A stretch of 64,000 nt of DNA from Lingula anatina (GCA_051362555.1 CM120643.1:26106848-26170847); one strand, 5' to 3'. Counted from the stretch's first letter, positions 23,026 to 37,404 are shown. The notes: generated by a model from the letters alone, not told the origin. Made by a program: numbers and translations.

Positions 23026-24990
23026 TATTCTGAACAAAAGTTTTGTCTGCATTTTGAAGCAATTTGAATAGGCCTAGATCTAGATGTTTGCCAATTTTAG
23101 GCTTTCAAATATGTATTATCGTTTGCATTTTATTTGGAATTATATATTCATAACAGCCCATCATATATCATTTAAAGTGAACTATTTTGTAGGCCTATGG
23201 TTTGGTCATAACCAACTTAGAAATACCAGAATAACTGAAATATTGTAAGCCTGTGCGTATGACGTTGGAAACATTGGAGAGGGAGGTAAGTTGATTAGAA
23301 ATAATTTTTAAAAATAAATATTTCCCAAATTCTAATCTACGTTTTCAAAATTGTGCATTGATTTGATTAGTGTCTCAAGCTAAACGCACCTCAATAAATT
23401 TTGCTAACGGTAGGCAAATTTCAAAAGGCCTCCAAAATTTAACAGAATTACACCCCTGAAATGCGTAAACTATGTTAATTGCGGTCTGATGCGGCAGATC
23501 CAATTTGCTATATATCTGATTGAGATAATATATGCTTATTATTATACATAAAAACACATTGCTGTGAGTGCTGCAGCTCGTCTCAACTGTCGCAGCGGTC
23601 GTAGCTCATCCGTACACATTCAGACACATTGCTCTGCACGCGTGAATTTGCTAAATGCGCATTCCCAATTAAACTATCGTTCTACGTAGATCGATCCAAC
23701 TTTGTTGAATGTAATCCAGATTAACTGAATGATGCCCCTCCTCTAGCAGCTACGGGGTGATTAATTTTCGTATGGATTCGATCGCACTCAAAACGAAGTG
23801 GAAAAGTTTACAGAAGCCTAACAAAATGTCACAACTGTATTTAATTTCCAAAGGCTCTCCACATATCGATAAACCAAATCTGCCAGTGATAGACTTACTT
23901 CCAGTAGAAGTCCCAACGCAAATGTGTCAGGACAAATAGGCAAATTTTTACTCATAAGCAGCCTTCCCCAATTGTCAAATTTACGTTCTTTATATAAAAA
24001 CAGATGATCGACATTGACTATCATTTCTGAATAAAAATATAAGTGACTTGGCCGTTGGAAGCCAAATGACTTGAAAAAATGTATCTTTTACAAAGTCAGT
24101 TTTTGGAGCTCTGTACAAAACTACAATCCAAATAATCTGTAGTGATTTGTTTAGCTCCGAGCTTTAGCTTATTTAAAATTATTCTTCGTGTTGCCTCTAC
24201 TTGTTTAAGACCAAATGATACAATCATGTGTTTGAGACCGATGACTGAATAGGGGTCTGCATGTCTACATATTTCCGAAATTAAATTATATGATTGGCTT
24301 TTTAAATGTTTTATATGAAGTACGTAAATATAGGTTATGCCAGTTAAGATGCTAATATGTCTTTGAATAGCACCCTGTTTAACTGACCTGGAAGGCACTG
24401 CACTACATGTATATACAGTACTACAAGTGTTATATTGGGAAATGTTGAAGGACGAAGTAAGATCGAGCAAGGCCTCGAATGCTTCGTAGAACAGGGTGTT
24501 GATAAAGCATCATCATCAACAACAACAACAGCTATAAATTATTATATCAGTCACTGCTGCAGGCCCATTTGTAGAAACCGAATGCGTGATCACATATGAG
24601 AAGATTGTGCGGTTGTGCTTATGTTGAACCTAAGTTGCTCACCTAACACATTTCTTTCCTAGAATCACGTCAAATTTCAGTTGACTGAGTATATAACGGC
24701 TAGGTCAGGAGCGCATTACTGTTTGCTGAGAAATGAAACTAGAAGTGCTCGTATATTATTTTTACATAAACATTTTACAAAAAAAAAAAAAAAAAAAAAC
24801 ACCCAAGAAACCTTAATAGTTTTTTTTAAATGTATGTTATGAACGATTCCAACTATCTCAAGTGTAAGATGTCTTTCATATGAAAAAAAAAACAACAACA
24901 AATTCTTCAAATTAAAAAATATGTTCATATCCATATCATTAATTGATATAGAAGTGTTGGGTGGTTTTATCTTTTTATTAATAGGTTGAT

Positions 24991-24993
<3 letters not shown>

Positions 24994-25043
<50 letters not shown>
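24994..25043. repeat. (TC)n microsatellite
   Basis: Seen directly. Confidence 0.95.
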
Positions 25044-26332
25044 AGTCTAAAATGTTTCTCCTTCAGGGGTCTTAACCCCATTTTTTGCCTCCAACCAGAC
25101 ACGCAGAGAATGGCGTCGTTGTAAATCTCGGAAACCCCCAAAAGACATGCTCATTTATCATCAGAGTCTAACCGTGGTTTCTTCCTTGTTTTTAAGCACG
25201 TAGAGCATTTTGGGGAACGGAGAAAAAAGCTCAGATAATTTTTGGCTTTTTTCTTTCATTTTTTGTAATCCATAAGACGACAAATACAGTAGAAGTATTT
25301 ACTTGCATGATTGTCTTTATTCATTATTTTTATCTACATTTATTTTTCAAAATACTTATTTGCTTTTACAAAGATAATTAATAACATTAGCGAACGAAAA
25401 TTTCAAAGAACCGATTATCGCCATTAATCTTTTTCATCCTTTACATAAATAAGTATATTTGACAGATTAACAGCACCTTTGCTTTGTATTTTCATGTACT
25501 AAATAAGAGATCCTTGATCATTTCATTGAAGTTTTTTGGAAGTTTTTTTTTTCATATATAGAACGTGTTTGAAAGGTTGTCAAAATTTGGGTATAATTCG
25601 GTTGATTTGATTTTGCAAATAATGTAATTTTTTTCTTATCTGGACATAGATTTGAAATTATTAAGAGACGCGTTAATTAATAAATTCGATGCAAATATTG
25701 CACTTTTCACTCAATGCAACAATCACCAAAAACAAACAAACAAAAAACAACAACAAAACATTGATATCATTCTCATTATTTTCTGATGCGATGCCGCTTT
25801 GAAATTTATTTTCGAATAGGAAAATGTTCCATAAAAATAAATAGCTTGTTTTTGAGTGATAAGCAAATTTTTAATTTACAAAGATAAGAGGACGGTTTAA
25901 GTCAACAAAATTCCATTAACAATTTCTTTTAATTTTATTATGATAAATATTTTGGACACATGCAATTGAATCAATCATAATCATGTTTTACTTAGTAGCC
26001 TACCAATGAAGAGTGATACAATTTCAAGAGCTTCTTTTGACCTTCTTGATAAGATATCGCATTGTACTTACTTTTCCTAACTGCCTAGTGCGATTCAACA
26101 AAGATAAATGTTTTTGGAATAAGAAATGTGAATGATGAGTATCTTTCACACAAAATTAACAGATATAAAGTTGTGAAATTTTCACGCATGCGGGGCGTTT
26201 TTACCACATTAAAATTATTTCATTAAATTCATACTAAGAATTTCCTCTCCACCTTCTTATGTTATCAAAGGTTGACTTTTTTCAAACATTAAGTTAAGTG
26301 AATAGAAAGATGAACGACTCAATTAATGCATT

Positions 26333-26403
26333 AATATAATATAATATAATATAATATAATATAATATAATATAATATAATATAATATAATATAATATAAT
26401 ATA
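26333..26403. repeat. (AATAT)n pentanucleotide repeat
   Basis: Seen directly. Confidence 0.95.
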
Positions 26404-28225
26404 GAATTTTAAAAAATTGTTACATTTGTGTTTTTTTTTTCTGTTTTCCACCACGTGGGGTTAAACTGAGAAGTTTGAACTGTTAAACATACCACGACTG
26501 GTTGGCTCTGTTGCACATTGACCCGGACTATTCGCAGAAAATCAAATTAGAACCCGTGGAAAGTGATACACAAATATAGAAATTCAAACTAATTTTAACC
26601 TATGAGGTAGGTACAAAATGAGTTCGTCGGGTAGAATGTACTTTTTCAAGCAATACTTCAGGTTACATGTACTTGTAACTTTTATATACACCTAGCACAG
26701 CCTTTATGTGTATTGATATCGGTTTATTGATAAGAATTCGTGAAGATTATAAATCACTGAGTGTGATACTTTTCATCATTTTTTTATTCTGGGTCTGATG
26801 TTTTCAGTTATTTGTTGTGAGATTTAAGACTTAACGCCCACTGAATAAAATGAAACTCACTACAAGCCGGAAGTTAAAAACTGCAAAGAAATAGAAAGTA
26901 TGATGAAAACGTGAAATTTACCATGGCAGGAAGACGATTAAAATATACTACCATTTTTTCACGCAACTAGAATGATATCTTCCCCATACCACCAGTCACA
27001 TGTATGAAGTATTTAAATAGCATACGATCTAAAGAGTATTTCAACTCCTTTTTTCAAAAATCTGGTGTGCTTTGTTGCGTTTTGTTTTACTTTTGTCCTG
27101 ATCTTGAACATCTCAGACCGACGTTCAACTTTTAACACATGGCCTTCTGGGCAAATGGTCGACAGAAGAAACGATCACGTTGCTTTCCTCTTTCTCTCTG
27201 AGAAAATCCAGATATCTCAAACTGCTCCTTCGGGCAATAAATCTTTCCCTAACGCCGGTCTCTCCCCGCGAGCGTGCGCCCGGCTACGCTACATCGTTCC
27301 TAAAATATATGTTTTGTGCGCGAAACGGTCGATTTGCTTGGGATTTACACGTCCTTGTGTGATTTACGTGGGCATTTAATGTAAACTCTATGCCCCATTT
27401 GGTGTCATAGTACATTGTTTCTTAATTCTGAAATATGTGAAAGCCTTCGTGAAATGGAAGCGATGATGAAAGCTTTTCACCTGTGGAATTTTCTTTGCCT
27501 TTTCAGTTCTTGTAAATATGCAAAGAATTCTATTTTTGCAAAGTTTTGGTGGAACAAAGGATACGATTCCAGCGAAACATGTCAGATTCATTGGAAAATG
27601 TATTCTATCTTTCAAAGGAAAATGCTTTTTATCAATGTACTTTTAAACGAATAAAAGCAGGCACACGGGAAGCAACCGTGTCAACCGTAAGGGCGGAAGT
27701 TGACGTTTCTTACCACATAGAATCTAAATATTTTGGATAATATTCGATTGTATACCCCTACAACTGCAAAAAATCGCTTAATATTAAAAAACAACAGAAC
27801 ATTTTAACTTTTTCATAGAAAACAGGAACCCATAGATTTTCTTGATAATGCAGTTATAACATCTAGTCAGTTTTTCTAGTTACCAGAGACAGTTTCAGAA
27901 ACGAAATATTTTGCTCAATTAAAAAAGCTCAAATCTGTACAAGACCTCTTAAAAATAATAAAAACGCATTAACTTTCGATACAATGAAAACTGTTTTATT
28001 GGCCGCTAACATGGAAATCACCTATAACGCGTTATGATATAAGTTCATTTTTGCTGAATGATATACCATTTTCCTTAATCACCTTCACATGAAATGTTAT
28101 ACCTTGAGGAATATGTCTAAATCTTTGTTTTTCCTTATGATTCCACGGAAGCATTCCCAACGTTGGGTGAATTCATATTCGAGTCTAATATTGAAAAAGG
28201 AAATCTCATTAAAGCCAACGCCTGT

Positions 28226-28325
<100 letters not shown>

Positions 28326-29756
28326 GCAAAAATGTGTAAATATGTACACTAAAATTTATACAAAACCATTTTTCAATACTAAAAAGCTCCCATCGTTTTG
28401 TTAATGCTTCATAGGAACTAATATATTTATTCTTAACAATTATTCCTTGCAGGTGAAATTGGCTCATTACCTCTGACTTGATAAAATCGGGTCGTTAAAA
28501 ATATAACCCGTATAAGCAAAATATAAAAAGGAACGGCAATACTGCTTTCTAGAATGGGTCTCTTGGCATATTCATTTATCGTATCAATTATAAAGCATAA
28601 GAAGAAATTGTTGTATGTAATCAAACAATGAGTTTAAAGATAGGCAGTCACAAAAAATAACGACAAAATGAAATAAAACAGAAAAAATTAAACGTTTTGC
28701 GGTTAGGTTTTTATTTGCGTTTAGAAAGAATCTCTTCTTTTTCTTTTCCTTCCTCTTCATCTTTGAAGAATATCGATTGTTAATCCTTATGGACTCTCAT
28801 ATCAAAAAATATATATGTAACCACTGGAATCGCGTGTACTTCCCTACCTCCCACGTGTGAACTTTGCCGCCTGCCAATCAGGGCAAGAAAAAACCTGCCT
28901 CCTATTAACGACTTACAAATTGCTTTCGACTTTGGAATATTTGGAATATTAATTATCGACATGGCATGGAGAGATCTATTATAGAGCGTTTAGCGATCCA
29001 TTAGGACAGGAAAATGGCGTCAAGGATTAGCACTGTTGCCTAGCGTTACTCCGCTGATTTCTCAGGGAATCGGGGCCAAATTGGCGGGCTGTTTATTTTT
29101 GCTAGACCATCTTGAAAGCGTGAAGGCAAGACGCTGCGGTAGACACCATCACTCAGTTGCGCTTAATTACTTCTCAGCAAATAGCAAAAACTTGTACCTT
29201 TCAACGAACTGTTGTCAGTCGCTTTGCCTCCAGGTTCTAGATTTCAGACAAAGAGGCAGAGAAAGGGATTTTTTATTCGAGTTATAAAAAGATACGTGTA
29301 GTTTCCGGCAATATTTCTGTTTTAAGTTTGCCCTTTTTTTAAGTAAAGCTTTTAGCCGAGTTTTTACATTTTTATGCCAAAAGGCAAACGTATGATGGTT
29401 CCATTGAGAAAATCACATTTCCTAGTATAATAAAAAACGAAAGCGGAAAACGCCTGTGTAAAATTGCTCATTAGTTTACTACACTGATTATATTCAGGAA
29501 ATTTGATCATCAAGTTACTCACAGTGTTTCGCAGCAAATAAAGTTTTTTATCACGAATTGCCTGGAAAGACATCACGTCAGCGTGTAAAATGTAAATCCA
29601 AAAGTAACGCCAACATCGGTTTCACAAGGAAATATAAAGATATGTATGTTTGGCAACCCTACGGTAATTTTTGCCTATAATATTACTGCATACACAGATC
29701 GAGTATTCTGCAGTTCACGATTGTTTCTACTTTCTCATTTTCCCAAATAATATATG

Positions 29757-30041
29757 TCATATTTACACCAGAGTCAATTTTAGCCCTATGACTGGTCTGA
29801 ATTTTTAGACCAAAAACTTAGTCTAGTTCTAGCTAAGTCCCTATTGGCCCACTTAGATAACGTAACATGGTACCCAGCGTTTTCCACGTTTTCTTTTCAA
29901 AAAGAGGAGCAGTATTTCATTGGACAGCCGCATATATTGGATTTGTCTGTCATTGGACAGCGCATTTTACTTCAAAGTATACCCACATTTTAGTCTAAAA
30001 TTTAGAACAATTTTTACGTTAAAGTTATCTGGTGAAATCGG
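29757..30041. mobile_element. Second copy of the TTTAGACCAAAA MITE family
   Basis: Left end TTTACACCAGAG...ACTGGTCTGAATTTTTAGACCAAAA. The right end is its imperfect inverted repeat (TTTTAGTCTAAAATTTAGAACAATTTTT...TCTGGTGAAATCGG). Confidence 0.6.
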
Positions 30042-30752
30042 AACATGCTGATATACAAGCACATACAACAGCTAAAACGTGCCACAGTCGAGGGTGTCAA
30101 GAATCAGGAGATACCAGGACGATGAAAGAACGGAAACGAAACCAGAAACAACAAGGTGAAAATGCGTCATGGCACCCGATGATTTGTTCGTGGTTGATAC
30201 GTAGCATCTTTCCTCAGTCTTGCCGCCGCAACGAGTCACTGATACCAAGCTCTGGGTCACATAGGGAGTGACCCGTTTCCTTTACCTTAAAATAAAAATT
30301 TACTCTCTTTTCGCTGAGACGGAAACTTTTCGGTATTTTTATTTGACCTCATGAAAGCAAATAGAAATAATTATTTCTCATAATTAGCAACGCACGTCCT
30401 GTGACAGGACTCAGAATTGTTTCTCTGCTACCCCGCTCTCCCATTCCTCTAGACTAATAATAACAAGTAACAGATTTGAAAGAAAAATACCAAAGGAAGG
30501 CTGAGGTCGAGGAGAGGTGACGATGGCCTTATTTTCTTTGACCTCTGTATAAAGCATGGTACCCCACCCTGACCTCCATCCCCTCTCAAAACATACTCGC
30601 TCACGTGCACGCGCGCGCGCGCGCGAGTATGTTTAATTGGTTTAATTGGTTTAAATAAATCCTCTGTCTACCCCATAAAGTTTACTTGTTCGTTGTGAAG
30701 AGCATGGGGCTGTTTACGCCCCCACTCCCCTCACCCGCGTCCCTTACCTCCC

Positions 30753-30753
<1 letters not shown>

Positions 30754-30790
<37 letters not shown>

Positions 30791-30920
30791 CGGACGGACG
30801 GACGGAGGAGCGAACAGACGAACACACATATACATACACACGCACATACATACACACACACATACACACAGAGAGAGTAACACACGAACGAGCGAACGCA
30901 CACACGCACGCACACATACA
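30754..30920. repeat. Compound (CA)n/(CGGA)n/(CATA)n simple repeat
   Basis: Seen directly. Confidence 0.9.
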
Positions 30921-33900
30921 AATGCACGCAAGCACATACCACCTAACAACTGGATTTGATTTGATTTTACCACCCATAAAAATACCAAAAATAGCGTCCC
31001 TAAAATGTCACCGCCTAATGGCGCAGGAGTGCGACATCTGGGCACATTTGATTGATGTTTCATGGAGGCGTCTTCAACACGGGCGCGAACGAGGTGTGCC
31101 TGAGGTTACAGAAGGCAGCTTGAATGTCTTTTAATCGCTGAAATTAGAGTCCAATGGTACGGACCACCATGGCAGTATGGAAGGGAGGGGGGGGGGGGAG
31201 AGAGAGAAAGGGGTTCTGTCCGTTGTGTTGGAAGAGGAGATGATAAAATTGTATTTTTCTCGGAAAAGAAGCTTCAGTATTGAAGTGAGTGCGTTTTGAA
31301 TGTAGTGACCCAGGGGGGCATTGGCCCTGGGGAGGGGGGGGGCTGGGACAAGCTGCTGTGGTCTCTAGGAATGGATGGAATCGACAGTGCATTTTGAACT
31401 TTACTTTGTTATTTTTCTTTCCCTCATCTTTCCTGGTTTCCTTTTTTCTTCTTTCTTTTTTCATTTTTCTATGTATGTCTTTTTCTTTCCTCTGCTTCTC
31501 TTGTTATTTATTATTTATCTTCTTTTTTCTTTTCTTTTCTTTCTTTGTTATTTTTTACTTTGCGTTCCCGCTTTCTTCCCTATTTTTTTTTCAATTTTTA
31601 ACCATCTTACTTGCCTCTTGTATTTATAACTGTTTACCACAGCTCAGTGGCAAAACAAGAAACTGACTGGCTAATCAAGATCAATAATTATCCCATCACT
31701 CGTTCACGGCAATCATCTACCTTTCTGCGTCAATTAGCCAATCGTCTCCCGACGTTTTCTTATCTCGGCTCTAATACTACTGGTGTACTTAGGCTTGATA
31801 TAGATATTCACTCTGACATTTCCTGGCTCGGAGAGACTCCTCGACCAGCAAAAAACCTCGAGTCAGGTCCATATCTTTAAAATCTATCCCCCCTTAATGG
31901 AGTCTGAAACGAGCACTTGTTAGAGAACATGTTCGAAATCCGGTGTTGTTAGAAGTCTTTTGTTCCATTTTTAACGCGCTTTAAATCTTGGTCAAATTCA
32001 GTTCTCTGACGGAAGCTGAAAAAGTGAGGAAAAAAACACGACTGTTTTGGAGGCCAATTTTGCTACACTTTGTACGCTTAGAAGAAATAATTAACAGCGT
32101 AACTCCTTCAGAGGAATTCTGATAAATATTTGAACGTAGGTTGTCAAAATACGGGGAGAAGGCTGCCAAAAGTAAAGTGATATCTAAATTGTGTGGAGGT
32201 GCATCTTGGGTTCATCTACAAGGTGCTCTCAATCTTTCATCAACAAGAGATCACCGTGCGACATTTACCGGCTCTACCACGATAAAAACAACCTCAAGTG
32301 GTTACCATGGCGACCCAGAATAGGGGAACGCTTGTCACCGGTATCGGCAAGGCAGCGCATAGTCGCCTTACTGGGATAAACCGTTTTTGAAACTAACTTC
32401 TTTTTTATTTCTTCGAAAAAAAAACTGATGTGTGTTATATTATATATAGTATAATAATTATTTTGAAAATGCCAAAAGCAAAAACTTTATTTTCATATTG
32501 TTATTGGGGAGTCTTCTGCCGTTCATATGCTCTTTAAGGGTATCACATTGCGTTTGTTATACATTTCGCACAGTGTATTTTTTAATCATTTTCAGTGTTC
32601 GGTTTCACCTGTCTTCTTGTGATGTATTCCGATACCCGTTTATGTTGTACTGTACCAACACTAATTTTTCCCAAAGACAAAATGATTTTTCCTTTTTATT
32701 TTTGAAATTGTCTACCTTCAGAAAAAAGTGTTTGATGCCAAAAGCAGGTCAGACCTAAGGAACTAATAAAAAATGGACAATTTGCTTCATGGGCTTCTTT
32801 ATTTTAATCATCATTTGGATAAATGAGTAATGATTACACAAGTAATAATGTTGATAATAATAATTTATTACGTAAATATGTACATGTACAAGTACACACT
32901 TATGACTGTATATATTGAAGGGAAGTTTGTATACATTAATTTTAAAGACAAAATTGTAATCATAAACCTGTAAATGCACACACAAACTTTGCAAACTTCT
33001 TGCTAAGATATCTCAAGCACTATTTCTCACTTTACAAAATTAATGGCAAAGATGAGTGCTTTCTTTGTATATATCTACAGGCCGAGCCTTGTTTACACGC
33101 GATATAATCCAGGAATTTCTCCTAGTAAATGAATGGGCGGGTTTCTGGGAGTGGGACTTGTTCCAGAATGCCAAACCCTTAAGTTGTCTGTAAATATAAA
33201 TAAAACGCATTTCAGCAACAGCGAGGTATGTCATCACCTTTCTGTGACATCTATACAAATGTACCAGTTTGAAAAGTATTCACTATTACAAAATATTACT
33301 TTATAGAATTTTAAACTACCTGTGAAAAGGGAAGCGAATATTGTTTTCGCCTGAAATTAGCATTTGAATAATCCAGGCTTTTCGGAAGGTACAGTGAATG
33401 GGGCATTAGTAACAGTTAAAAGGACTATGCAATGAGAAAATGTTAAGCTAACTCTACGATTAAAAAAATATCCTTCCACAATAAATAATGAAAAAATATT
33501 TCAATAGAAAAAAAAAGGAGCAAGAAATTCCAGTGATGCGTATCATTCTCCTGCAAACAACATTTTTCAGTGGACAGAAATCGATCTCGTCTGCTATCAC
33601 CTGGGCGATGTTCCCGCCAAGTGCCATCGTGGAAGAAAGACAATATGGCCACCGAGGGGATCAGATTATCCCTGCTATCAACCCACGACGACAGACACGA
33701 GGCTTGTTTCGGCTCTTGGTGTTGGGCATTTTCATTGCCGGTCACTCAAGCGTTCTTATCTGGCCGTAAAGAGTGGCCAGTCTATTCTTGTTAAAGGAGA
33801 AAGATGTCAATTTTAGAATCGTCTGCCAAAGCTTTGCTCACTACGCTGCTTTTGTGGACAGAGTCGGTGACTCATTCGTCCATTGTTTCGAGAAGTAGTA

Positions 33901-36499
33901 ATAATAAAGACATAATGGATTTTTCTCTTCAAGATAGCCTAGTTGTATACTAACATTTCTTTTTATAAAAAAATTAAATATCAAAGTTGATCCTAGTACT
34001 GTGCATTTTACATTTTGATACACCCAGTAGGTGAGGTTTTATTTAGAAAAAAATTGAATTTGGCGAATTGGAATCAAAAATCCGAGAAGGGCATCTTAAC
34101 GATAAACGTCAAGATATGAATCGGGGCGAGATGTCTAAGAATTCTATAAATCTCTGCTCGACGCTGCGTGTGGCATGCGGTAATTAAAACCCCTCGTTCG
34201 GCTTGGCATGCTTTCGGTGTCAACTTTAATTACCTTAAACAATGCAGCTTCGGTTCGACCCGCTCCTGACCCCTGACCTTCACGTGATTGACGCAGTATT
34301 TTGTGCCACTTACACATTATATCACTCCACATATTGGATCTACCTCCCCAGAAAAACTAATCAAAAGTCTAAATAATCATTGTTTTTCGTACTGTGTTAC
34401 GATATTTAATTAATTGTTCTCCGGGCTTTGTTAGGCGTTCTCGTCAAAGAAATCTCGAAATGGTGGCTCTCGGTGCAAAGAGATTGTAATTTGTATGGCG
34501 GCTTAATTGACGCCGAGGTTTTCTTTATTGAATTTCACCCAAAAACACTAGACTAGCAAAACTAATTCAATTCAGCTAATTTTCTTCTGCAAAGAATACG
34601 TTTATTTGATCTTAATGTTTTGTATTGGACACAACATTAGTGAAGAACACGAGAACCACCGTCAAGGTCTCGAACTAGGGAAATTAATTCGAACGCAACT
34701 TTATATTTTCGAAATAAAAACTTCACCTACATTGTACCGAATGAGATTGTTTCATAGAATCATGCGAAATATCTCACACTAATTTTTAATTGGGAAGTAT
34801 TCGGTCCTTATAACAGGTCTCTTGAGAAAAAATCACTCCATAAAATATATTATATAATCTTAAAAACACGCCAAAACATTATAAAAACCAGATTTTATTT
34901 GACAAAACAGGAATATTTTGATAACAGCTTTATCAGTCTGCCAGACGATGGGAGGCTAGTACACCTAGGGCAGACGACTTCAAGCGGACTTCGAGCAGAC
35001 GATTACAAGGGGAAGACTGTGATATGATCACTAGCAAAACTGAGCAATTATTTTCAAGAAGAAATTTCTCTCAAGTATGGTAGAATGGTCATACATGTAT
35101 GTAATACAAACATTCATAGGTTTTCTCGTCTTTCTTTTATTCTTTAAAAAAGTGTGAGATTCCCCAACTGAATATCATCTGTTTGTGCATGGAAAACCAG
35201 AACATTCAATAATCAAAATATGACAATTTTTTGAAGAAGTAGTAAATGGCACGTCAACTGCGTCAAAACTTAATGCAAGCATTATAAAAAAAATTATATT
35301 ACAATTCTCTCAGAAATAAAAATCTTCGAACTCTTCTCTTCCCCCCCATTCTCCGCTAACTCACTGAAGCTGTTTCAATTCTAATAATACAAGTATCAAA
35401 ATGAAAAAACACAAATATGATGAATTTATTCCCCACGTCATGTGACAACCTTCATCAGCCCGTCTCTGGTAACGGGAGCTGGTCCTCGCTAGGGCCACCA
35501 AGAAAGGGGGCACCAATTGCAAGAAAATTTACCCTGCCATCTTTGACAAATTGCTGCGCGAGAATCCGGGGCAGTGATGATTGACGAATAGATCTGGGTT
35601 GTAGTTCGCGTCGTATTTAGTTAGCGCGGTGTGCGCGTGACGGGCTGGATTTGTCGGTCGGTCAGTTTGGAAAACGTTTCCTTCTGAAACGTGTTGATTC
35701 TACTTTTTTTCTCTTGCGCAGTTTTGTGATTGACGTTTGCTTTCAGCGAACTTTATTCCCTTGCTATACCTTGTGTTTTTTGTCAGTTTTGTTCTTTAAA
35801 AAACGATTTGTGTCTGTTTTTTTTTCTCCTGGTTGCTTTTTGATTTCATATAGATGTTGTATGAACATTTTCATCAACAAATGCTATGAAGCAGTTATAA
35901 ACTTTCATAGTGTACTTTCATTGAATATTTATCTTCTTTTTTTAAAAAACTTAATAACTTTCTTTCAAATTGAATGTTAGCCTACCTATCCTGCAATAGT
36001 TTTTTGTTCCTTGATTATGATTTTAGCTATATAAATCAACGATACGGCACTCGCCTACGTATTATCATAAGGAAAGTGAAAATATATTTTATTGAAACGT
36101 TTTCCTGAAACTTATTTTTTGGCTGATCCGTGAAACGTGACTTGAATACGGGAAGCTTCAAGGATACCTCTCAGTTTTTTTTTCGGCTCTTTTTTCAGCT
36201 TGAATGTTTGTTGCAGAAACCTGTTCCAAGCGGAAATCATTTGTTGAAAGTCATCCGGCAAAGGCAACCGAATCGACGAAAAAGCTTAAAATGTCAGTTA
36301 TTGCATCAAAAACTTTGAGTGAAAACGTTTTTCCCCAACTCTCTTTGCTCGCCGCGGGCTTGTTTCCTGCATGTTTATATCTCTATGACCGGAGAGGCCC
36401 CACATTGCATCAATATCAATAAATACAATGAAACAATGATGTAGTTTTCAGCACAGGTAAAAGGAAAGTTGGAAATTATTTGTTGAGGATAGAGTTAAA

Positions 36500-37404
36500 A
36501 CAAATACTGCCATTAAGCTGGCTTCTCCTCGCGCGGTCTCACGTTGCTCGATGTGGGAGGCGACCAGAGCCTCTCAGCACCAGCTGCGTAATGCGGGGGG
36601 AATTTGAGGAAGATTAATTACTAAATGCTTTTAGAGGGGTGATTAATCTGTCAAAAAGGGACTGGGTCCAGACTTTATGATTTCAATAAAGTCAAAATTG
36701 ATGAAATTTTGATACGTTTCTTCGAAATTTTGATGGAGATGTGACTATTTTCAGATCTTAATTTGCTGCAATAAATTTATGGCGCGTAAAAGCAGACGAT
36801 CCGTTCGCACCTTCGCACCCTCTTGCAGTAAATGGGAGGGCCCCGAGAGGGGGAGATACCGCATCGCGTGGCTTTTACTGGGACGTGTCACCTTTCTGAG
36901 CATGCTCCGTTCTTGGCGCTGGCTTTAAAGCATCCTTATCGTCTGCCAGACCTTAGTGTTGTTTTTGACAGCTAAGAAGAGAACACAGCGCAGAGATTGG
37001 TTGAGGAACAAAGATTCATTCATTCGGTAGACCTCTGAAGCTAAGACGGCGCATGTGGTTAGTGTTCTGACAGATCAAAACTTTTTTATCGTTTACAAAA
37101 CATCGAGAGTGGATGCCGGAGTTAACGAAGAGAATAATTAGGCCTGTTTTTATTTTTGCGTCTTTGGTCAAGGTTTAAAGATTAAATAACACAGTTGGTA
37201 CAATTAGACGGATTTTGTCAGTGTTGCCGATTGCTCCCTACGCCAGATTTCCTGACTAACCAAGCGTGGGCTGCATCTCGTGAAAGCCATTTTCTGCTAG
37301 ATTACCGCTTGAAATTAAGTACATAACTTTCAGCGACGCGCTACAAGAACTCCAACGGAGTAAAAGAGATTCTGGTGCACTTCGCCCGCTCAGATATATT
37401 CGCC
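36500..37404 (+). promoter_or_regulatory. FoxF proximal promoter and 5' UTR
   Basis: CpG-rich region upstream of the ATG. TATA-like TTTAAAG at ~36924 lies about 30 bp before Inr-like TTAGTG at ~36953, suggesting a TSS near 36955 (inference). Confidence 0.45.

Noticed and set aside
30682-31666. Low-complexity ORFs (VCVC, FFLF), and similar ones at 2712, 28089, 56594 and 58772
   Set aside because: These are translations of microsatellites and pyrimidine tracts.
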